Positions 38,736 to 44,379 of a DNA stretch of 44,379 nucleotides are shown here, piece after piece. Source of the stretch: Prevotellaceae bacterium (GTDB lineage Bacteria > Bacteroidota > Bacteroidia > Bacteroidales > Paludibacteraceae). The first letter of the stretch is position 1. Every line of letters begins with the position of its first letter. The notes under the pieces were generated by a model that ran no database searches, was not told the origin of the DNA, and saw only the letters and a program-made list of their open reading frames with translations. Where the stretch lies: positions 1 through 44,379 of the forward strand of contig JAISXJ010000119.1 in the NCBI GenBank assembly GCA_031270565.1, given 5' to 3'. Position numbers and translations under genes: made by a program.

Positions 38736-40079
38736 TTATTTCACACACCGCACACTTAAGCCGTACCCACGGGGACATCCATCGTAGGTTAAGCTCACGG
38801 AGGTAGCCCTGCAGGATAGGCGCCAACTGTTGGGGGCGTTAACTGTGCTACTCCAGTAGTGTCCGCGGACGAAGGTGTCGGTGTGTGCACCGCTATCAGT
38901 GCGGTACCCGCCGACAGGAAGGAAGAGGATAGGCTCGGGGGCAGCAGGGGTGAAAAGTTCAAGTGTACCGTTTTTATAACCGTCTGCAGCATCAGTCCAG
39001 TCAGATGTTTTGTAAATAGCATGACCGCCTACCGTGCCTTTACCACTACTCCAATCACTGGCGCTTGCTTTTCCACCCTTTACCGGTACCCATGTCAAGG
39101 GGGCGCTATTGGTGGTGAAGGGAGACGTACCGGCAGCAACTATCCCGCTAAAGTCACCACCGACAACACTCGGATTGCCGTCGTACGTTACAAGCCGTTC
39201 CCATTCATCCTGCGTTGGAATACGCCAGCCGTCAGGGCAGGGGTCGTTGATGGTTTTAACAGGCTTTTGATAAAAACTTCCTGAACCATTCGGAACAGCG
39301 CCACCATCAGCAGAACCAAAGTTATAATTAACTAACTGACCGTTACCCCAACGAGTGGTGTTTTGTGGGTTGGACCAGTCGTGAGGACTAGATGCATTCT
39401 TGATAAACAAGCCTTTCCCACTGGCTGCGTCTTTTGGCTGACCATTAACGTCTACAGCAGTACTACCAATGGGTCCGGCTTTCGTTGAGCTGGTACGTTT
39501 TTCGTGTCCGTCAGCAATACGTCCCCACTGGTAGAGGTCGCCGAAAACAGTTGCGTCAGTTGAGGAAGTGGCATAGTCAACCAGATATTTCATCTGCTGT
39601 TTAGCAGGGGAAAGTCCCGGGTAATTGGCATTAAGTGTAGCTACGTCGGCGCCAAGATTGTAAGGGGCAAAAGTTATGGAATATGCAGGCTTGCCGATTT
39701 TGTTCCATTGATTACCGTCCCAGACATAAATGCCTTTTCCCCACATATCAATACTCTTCTGTAGAGATACATACAGCTGAGAAGTATTCGTGTTGTAAAC
39801 GATAGCGCCGGTGAGTTTGGCGTTCACATCGTCGTTCGCATCGCCTACACCTCCGGCAGTAATGCCCGGAAAGAGGTTAGTACCGACAGGAATCTTTCCT
39901 AAATCGGTAATACTCACGTTAGACAATTGCAGTCCGCCTTTAACTGAACTGTTCAAGTCAAGTATAGCGCCTGCCTTAGGTGCATCGCTACCGCCAATAG
40001 TTACCTGCGCCGCAGAAAAAGAAGCGACGCTTAAAAATGCTGCTGTAAATGCAGCGAAAATAAATTGATTAGTTTTCAT
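38736..40079 (-). CDS. secreted FISUMP / Fib_succ_major (C-type-lectin-like) domain protein
   Basis: Signal peptide, QVTIG...AILDL N-module, YNLGA, GDLYQWGR, DPCPDGWRIPTQDEW, FLPVGGYR, GHYWSST, GLSVRCVK. Alternative ATG at 40088. Confidence 0.88.
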   Translation of the reverse strand: MKTNQFIFAAFTAAFLSVASFSAAQVTIGGSDAPKAGAILDLNSSVKGGLQLSNVSITDLGKIPVGTNLFPGITAGGVGDANDDVNAKLTGAIVYNTNTSQLYVSLQKSIDMWGKGIYVWDGNQWNKIGKPAYSITFAPYNLGADVATLNANYPGLSPAKQQMKYLVDYATSSTDATVFGDLYQWGRIADGHEKRTSSTKAGPIGSTAVDVNGQPKDAASGKGLFIKNASSPHDWSNPQNTTRWGNGQLVNYNFGSADGGAVPNGSGSFYQKPVKTINDPCPDGWRIPTQDEWERLVTYDGNPSVVGGDFSGIVAAGTSPFTTNSAPLTWVPVKGGKASASDWSSGKGTVGGHAIYKTSDWTDAADGYKNGTLELFTPAAPEPILFLPVGGYRTDSGAHTDTFVRGHYWSSTVNAPNSWRLSCRATSVSLTYDGCPRGYGLSVRCVK

Positions 40080-40467
40080 AAAAAACATGTTTTAAATTAA
40101 TTGATAGATATATTAAGTTATCAGTTTTCAGTTGTCAGTTTTTCGCAATGCTTGTCCCGCCTTAGCGGGAGGGCGCAATAAAACACAGCGGCAACCCTCC
40201 CTAAGCTTCTGGAAGATTGCCGCAATAATTGTATATGTATATGGCGAAAAGACGCAAAGAAACTTCGCGCTGTTAACTGTCAAATGAAAAAAGTCTGAGG
40301 AATCGTTAATCCCTTGAATACAAGGAGTTAAGGCGAATACAGGGGGGGGGCTTTTGTAACGAGCTTACTTTTAGACGATTAAACCGTCTAATCTGAAAAA
40401 ATGGTAAATATGGAATCCCAGATGTAAGCATTGTTTGTATTGATTTTAGATGTGTTTAATAACGGGG

Positions 40468-40475
40468 CAAAGGTA
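40468..40475 (-). promoter_or_regulatory. -7 box (TACCTTTG) upstream of the FISUMP gene
   Basis: TAnnTTTG on the minus strand; implies a ~380-nt leader. Confidence 0.55.
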
Positions 40476-40484
40476 ATACTTTTT

Positions 40485-40785
40485 TAGTGAATAACGAATA
40501 ACGAATAGTGAATAATTTTTTTTTGCGTTTTAGAGTGTAGAGTCTTCCGTGTAAATCCGTGTTATCCGTGGCTAAATTACTTTTAAAAACAGCCCCATTT
40601 TTCACAGGATTAACAGGATGCTCAAGATAATTATTCTTTATTTTTGAACACTGATACCGCAGATTAGACACGATTTTCACAGATAAAAATCTGGCGTTTA
40701 TCTGTTAAATCTGTGTCATCTGTGTTCTATTTTTTTTTGACAACTGATAACTGACAACTAATAACTGACAATTGAAAGTCAATAA
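40485..40785. repeat. patchwork of 7-9-mer tandem and inverted repeats
   Basis: GAATAAC x2, (A)TCCGTG x3, ACAGGAT x2, CACAGAT/ATCTGTG, TGA(C/T)AAC x4-5. Confidence 0.8.
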
Positions 40786-40792
40786 TTTTCCA

Positions 40793-40800
40793 TATCTTTG
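40793..40800 (+). promoter_or_regulatory. -7 box (TATCTTTG) for mreB
   Basis: TAnnTTTG 80 bp upstream of the ATG. Confidence 0.65.
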
Positions 40801-40880
40801 CGGGGTCAATCAGACGCCCCTTTTTGAAGAGAAGATTTGGGGATTATTGGGTAAAAATAATAAATCAGAATTAGATATTT

Positions 40881-41906
40881 ATGGGATTATTTTCTTTAAT
40901 GCAGGAAATTGCTATTGATTTGGGAACGGCTAATACCGTCATCACATATAACGATAGAATTGTTGTAGATCAACCGTCGATGGTGGCTCTTGATGCCCGT
41001 ACCGATAAATTGATTGCCATTGGCGAAGAGGCTCGCCAGATGCACGAGAGGACGCACAAGGATATTCGTACCGTGCGTCCTTTGCGTGACGGGGTGATTG
41101 CCGACTTTCACGCCGCCGAACTGATGATTCGGGGACTGATAAAAATGATACCCGATCAGCGTCGCGTGTTTACGCCTGTATTGAGAATGGTGATTGGTAT
41201 TCCGTCGGGCTCTACGGAGGTTGAAAGTCGTGCCGTACGCGATTCCGCAGAGCGTGCGGGAGGCAGGGAAATCTACATGATATATGAGCCTATGGCAGCT
41301 GCTCTTGGCATCGGGTTGGATGTGGAGGCACCCGAAGGGAATATGGTCGTGGACATTGGCGGCGGAACAACCGAAATTGCGGTCATCTCGCTGGGCGGCA
41401 TCGTTACCGACCGGTCGTTGCGAATAGCCGGTGATGACTTCACTGCCGACATTATGGAATATATGAATCGTCAGCACAATATGAAAGTGGGAGAACGTAC
41501 TGCCGAACAGATAAAGATGCGCATCGGTTCCGCCCAGACAGACTTGTCGCATGATGAAATACCGGATGAGTTTGTGGTGCACGGTCCCAACCGTATCACC
41601 GCTTTGCCGATGGCTGTGCCGGTGTCATATCCGGAGATTGCACACTGTCTGGATAAGTCCATCTCAAAAATAGAAGCGGCTATTTTGTCGGCATTGGAAG
41701 ATACGCCGCCGGAACTTTATGCCGATCTGGTCAATCGTGGCATTTACTTAGCCGGTGGCGGCGCATTGTTGCGCGGGCTGTCTGCACGGTTGTCGAACAA
41801 GATACAGATACCCTTTCGCGTGGCGGAAGATCCACTTCGTGCGGTAGCACGCGGCACCGGCATTGCTCTGAAGCACGTAGATCGGTTTAAATTCCTGCTG
41901 AGATAA
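40881..41906 (+). CDS. mreB: rod shape-determining protein MreB
   Basis: IDLGTANT, RPLRDGVIADF, EPMAAA, VDIGGGTTE, GGGALL. Confidence 0.97.
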   Translation: MGLFSLMQEIAIDLGTANTVITYNDRIVVDQPSMVALDARTDKLIAIGEEARQMHERTHKDIRTVRPLRDGVIADFHAAELMIRGLIKMIPDQRRVFTPVLRMVIGIPSGSTEVESRAVRDSAERAGGREIYMIYEPMAAALGIGLDVEAPEGNMVVDIGGGTTEIAVISLGGIVTDRSLRIAGDDFTADIMEYMNRQHNMKVGERTAEQIKMRIGSAQTDLSHDEIPDEFVVHGPNRITALPMAVPVSYPEIAHCLDKSISKIEAAILSALEDTPPELYADLVNRGIYLAGGGALLRGLSARLSNKIQIPFRVAEDPLRAVARGTGIALKHVDRFKFLLR

Positions 41907-41951
41907 ATCCATAAAGGCATTTTTTTCCGGCATGTCTTAAATAAAACATTT

Positions 41952-41995
41952 ATAAATTTAGTCGTTTTAGTTCTGCTCTCGCAGTTTAAAACGTT
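41952..41995 (+). repeat. internally deleted copy of the 74-bp element
   Basis: ATAAATTTAGTCGTTTT..TCTGCTCTCGCAGTTTAAAACGTT retains both ends of the element. Confidence 0.85.
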
Positions 41996-42022
41996 TATTC
42001 ATACAATTAATAGTTACGTAAA

Positions 42023-43330
42023 ATGAGGACATTTTTTTCATTGTTTGCTTTTCTTTTGATGGGAAACAGTGTTGTTTTCGGACAAAACAGCGTATTATTG
42101 GAGTTTTCACGATATGCCGATCAGTCGGTGGTGCTGACCTTGAAAAAAGGTATGCGTGCCGATACGGTGTTCTCAGGTGTTTTTAACAGTAAGGGCAGCG
42201 TAAAAATTACATTGCCGAAAACGTACGACAGCTACAGAGGTGTAGCGGCGCTTAAAGCCGGTAAACAGGGAGAATTTGAATTTCTGTTAGCCGGAGAGAA
42301 TCTGACGCTTAGGTGTTCGGAGACGCAGGTGAACAACAATAATGTTGTTTTTGTTAATTCGGTGGAAAATACCGCACTGCAAAACTGGCTCACGGGACAA
42401 CAACGGCGGCGAGAGAAACTCAAAGCGCTTGCCGAGACTTTGAAAGTTTATACCGAAGATGAACCGATGTTTCAAACGTTGAAATCGGAACAACAAAGTA
42501 TTGAAAAGGAACAGAGTAATGTTGATGCTACTCTTGACCAAAGTCAACTCTATGCTGCCAAATATATCCGTCTCTATAACTTTTTGAATGATGATGTCGG
42601 CAATATTCTCCGTACCGACGACACCGGCAGGGCAGCAATTCGACAGAAAATGCTTAAAGAACTTGACCTTGACAATCTCTACACGTCGGGGCTGTGGTTT
42701 AGGACTATCAACGGCTTGTTGGCGCTTTACGTCAAGGAGTCGCCCTATCATGTGTACTTCATACCCGACATGTGGGAGACAATGTACCGTACTCAGTCTG
42801 AAAAAGTCTATACGGCCTTTGCCGAAAATATAGTAGAAATATGTGAAACATTATCGTGGACGGGACACAGTTATGAGTTTGCCCAACTGCTATCCAATGA
42901 TAACCGTATCACCGAGCCGAAAGGCATTTTGAAAAAATTCTTTACTGCAATATTCAAGGTGATGAAAGGCAGCGTTGCGCCTGAATTATCTTTGGGCAAA
43001 ATGCCACAGGGTAACCGCTTGCTTGCCTTTTTACAGGATGGTTGCGGGCATTGCGAACGCGAACTGAATCTGCTGAAACAAAACTATACTTTTTTGAAAA
43101 ACAGAGGCTACGACGTGGTTACGGTAATGGCGGACACCGATACGACACATTTTCTAAGCACAGCCGCTCAACTGCCATGGGAAACCAAATATTGCGCCAT
43201 AACCGGATTTGAAAGCGTAGATTTCCAAACCTATGGCGTGATTGGCACGCCAACGCTCTACGTGATAGATGAAAAAGGCATCATACAGGGACGTTATGCT
43301 CAATTAGAAGATACGGGATTGCTCAAATAA
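42023..43330 (+). CDS. exported TlpA/redoxin-like thioredoxin-fold protein
   Basis: Signal peptide; C-terminal GSVAPEL, CGHC and YGVIGTPTLYVIDEKGII. Confidence 0.8.
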   Translation: MRTFFSLFAFLLMGNSVVFGQNSVLLEFSRYADQSVVLTLKKGMRADTVFSGVFNSKGSVKITLPKTYDSYRGVAALKAGKQGEFEFLLAGENLTLRCSETQVNNNNVVFVNSVENTALQNWLTGQQRRREKLKALAETLKVYTEDEPMFQTLKSEQQSIEKEQSNVDATLDQSQLYAAKYIRLYNFLNDDVGNILRTDDTGRAAIRQKMLKELDLDNLYTSGLWFRTINGLLALYVKESPYHVYFIPDMWETMYRTQSEKVYTAFAENIVEICETLSWTGHSYEFAQLLSNDNRITEPKGILKKFFTAIFKVMKGSVAPELSLGKMPQGNRLLAFLQDGCGHCERELNLLKQNYTFLKNRGYDVVTVMADTDTTHFLSTAAQLPWETKYCAITGFESVDFQTYGVIGTPTLYVIDEKGIIQGRYAQLEDTGLLK

Positions 43331-43486
43331 AAAAAATATTCTACTTTGCCCCCGAGAAGTCCCGAAATATTGTAACGCTCGCAGAAATGCGGGCGTTTGT
43401 CCTGTCCTGAAAAAAGTTGATAGGTTAATACACTTTTATTTTTTACCCGACAATATGTTTGGCACATAATTTGATACATGAAAAGC

Positions 43487-43563
43487 GAACGTTTTAAGCA
43501 GCGAGAGCAGAGACAAACTTGTTTGACTATGCCGAGTCGCGCAAAACGACTAAATTTATTGAA
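43487..43563 (-). repeat. 74-bp element, inverted copy
   Basis: Exact reverse complement of 44138-44214 (77 bp). Confidence 0.97.
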
Positions 43564-43603
43564 CTCTTTTCAGAGGTTACTTTTAATCACTAATAAACTT
43601 TTT

Positions 43604-44134
43604 ATGAAACGACTATTTTTAACTGTAAATTTCATCATTTTAGGGGCAATTTGTTTGGCAAATGCTCAGCCAAGAGCTATCGGTGGACGTTTGGGTCCAA
43701 ACGTAGAGCTATCTTTTCAGCAGAGTATCAGCGACAATATGTTGCAGGTGGATATTGGCGTCGCCTATTTTCAGGGGATACAGAGCAATATTACCTACAA
43801 CTGGGCAAGCAGCACCATCGGGAACAATGCCGGCGGTACGTGGACATCCTATGCGGGATTTGGCATAGGTGGCGGTTATTCATGGCGTGATAACAGTTGG
43901 TATTCAAGCAATCGCGGCAGCAACAGATACCTTTACAAATATGTTACTTTTGGCGTTGTAGGTATGATTGGCATAGAATATGCCTTTTCTTCGATTCCCT
44001 TAGCCCTGTCGTTGGATTACCGTCCTTTGATCGGCGCAGATTTCGGAACAAGACAGTCTTCCCACAAATTCGGCATTCAATATCACCTGCCCGGCTTGTG
44101 GAGTTGTGGATTATCTGCACGTTATATATTCTGA
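43604..44134 (+). CDS. small outer-membrane beta-barrel protein
   Basis: Signal peptide ending ANA-Q, AIGGRLG, YAGFGIGG, GIEYAF..IPLALSLDYRP, C-terminal RYIF. The ORF-track extension to 43478 is translated repeat. Confidence 0.8.
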   Translation: MKRLFLTVNFIILGAICLANAQPRAIGGRLGPNVELSFQQSISDNMLQVDIGVAYFQGIQSNITYNWASSTIGNNAGGTWTSYAGFGIGGGYSWRDNSWYSSNRGSNRYLYKYVTFGVVGMIGIEYAFSSIPLALSLDYRPLIGADFGTRQSSHKFGIQYHLPGLWSCGLSARYIF

Positions 44135-44140
44135 CAATTC

Positions 44141-44288
44141 AATAAATTTAGTCGTTTTGCGCGACTCGGCATAGTCAAACAAGTTTGTCTCTGCTCTCGC
44201 TGCTTAAAACGTTCAATAAATTTAGTCGTTTTGCGCGACTCGGCATAGTCAAACAAGTTTGTCTCTGCTCTCGCTGCTTAAAACGTTC
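44141..44288 (+). repeat. two perfect head-to-tail copies of the 74-bp element
   Basis: 44141-44214 and 44215-44288 are identical, with no spacer. Confidence 0.97.
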
Positions 44289-44379
44289 GGAAAAATTACA
44301 CCGATTTTTTCGCGGTTAATTCTTTTTTTGAGGTGCTATAAAAAGAGTTTTCAGTGTCACTGCCTGAAAGGCAGAATTT

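Noticed and set aside
38700-40880. Complete DGR locus (TR, RT, Avd) beside the FISUMP gene
   Set aside because: No AAC-rich copy of the 3' region and no RT-like ORF was found in the window, so only a possible remote target is claimed.
43478-43603. N-terminal extension of the barrel ORF (MKSERFKQREQRQTCLTMPSR...)
   Set aside because: It is mostly translation of the inverted 74-bp repeat. The signal peptide starts at ATG 43604.
44141-44288. CRISPR array
   Set aside because: The units are 74 bp, identical and contiguous, with no spacers and no cas genes.
43487-44288. Integron attC sites
   Set aside because: No clear RYYYAAC...GTTRRRY box pair, copies occur in both orientations, and no intI is present.

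Overview
Chromosomal window from a Bacteroidales bacterium (inferred from the gene set, TAnnTTTG promoter boxes and probable T9SS cargo). The housekeeping backbone is trxB, gpsA, pgi, sufE, tRNA-Pro(TGG), a DUF151 nuclease-nupG-lptB-CDF-M13 peptidase run, a LolC/E-like permease, lipA, both methylmalonyl-CoA mutase subunits and mreB. There are two large secreted proteins: an M6 metalloprotease and a ~2,500-aa FN3/adhesin protein. The backbone is repeatedly interrupted by one- to three-gene AT-rich inserts: a KilA-N remnant, a Cys-rich lipoprotein plus MauE/thioredoxin fusion, an AlbA_2/RecG-C protein, a GT4, an ORF6N protein, a FISUMP protein, a redoxin and a small beta-barrel. No integrase, transposase or reverse transcriptase is in the window. 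Main observations: (1) inserts are bracketed by long direct repeats of 61, 25 and 20 bp, and the 61-bp one duplicates a promoter; (2) a 74-bp GTTC-bounded hairpin element occurs as tandem, inverted, split and deleted copies next to cargo genes; (3) the 3' end of the FISUMP gene has the NNC codon signature expected of a DGR variable region, with no template or RT nearby; (4) a ~440-nt structured leader with a terminator/antiterminator option precedes the island lipoprotein. All family calls come from motif recognition by eye, not database searches.
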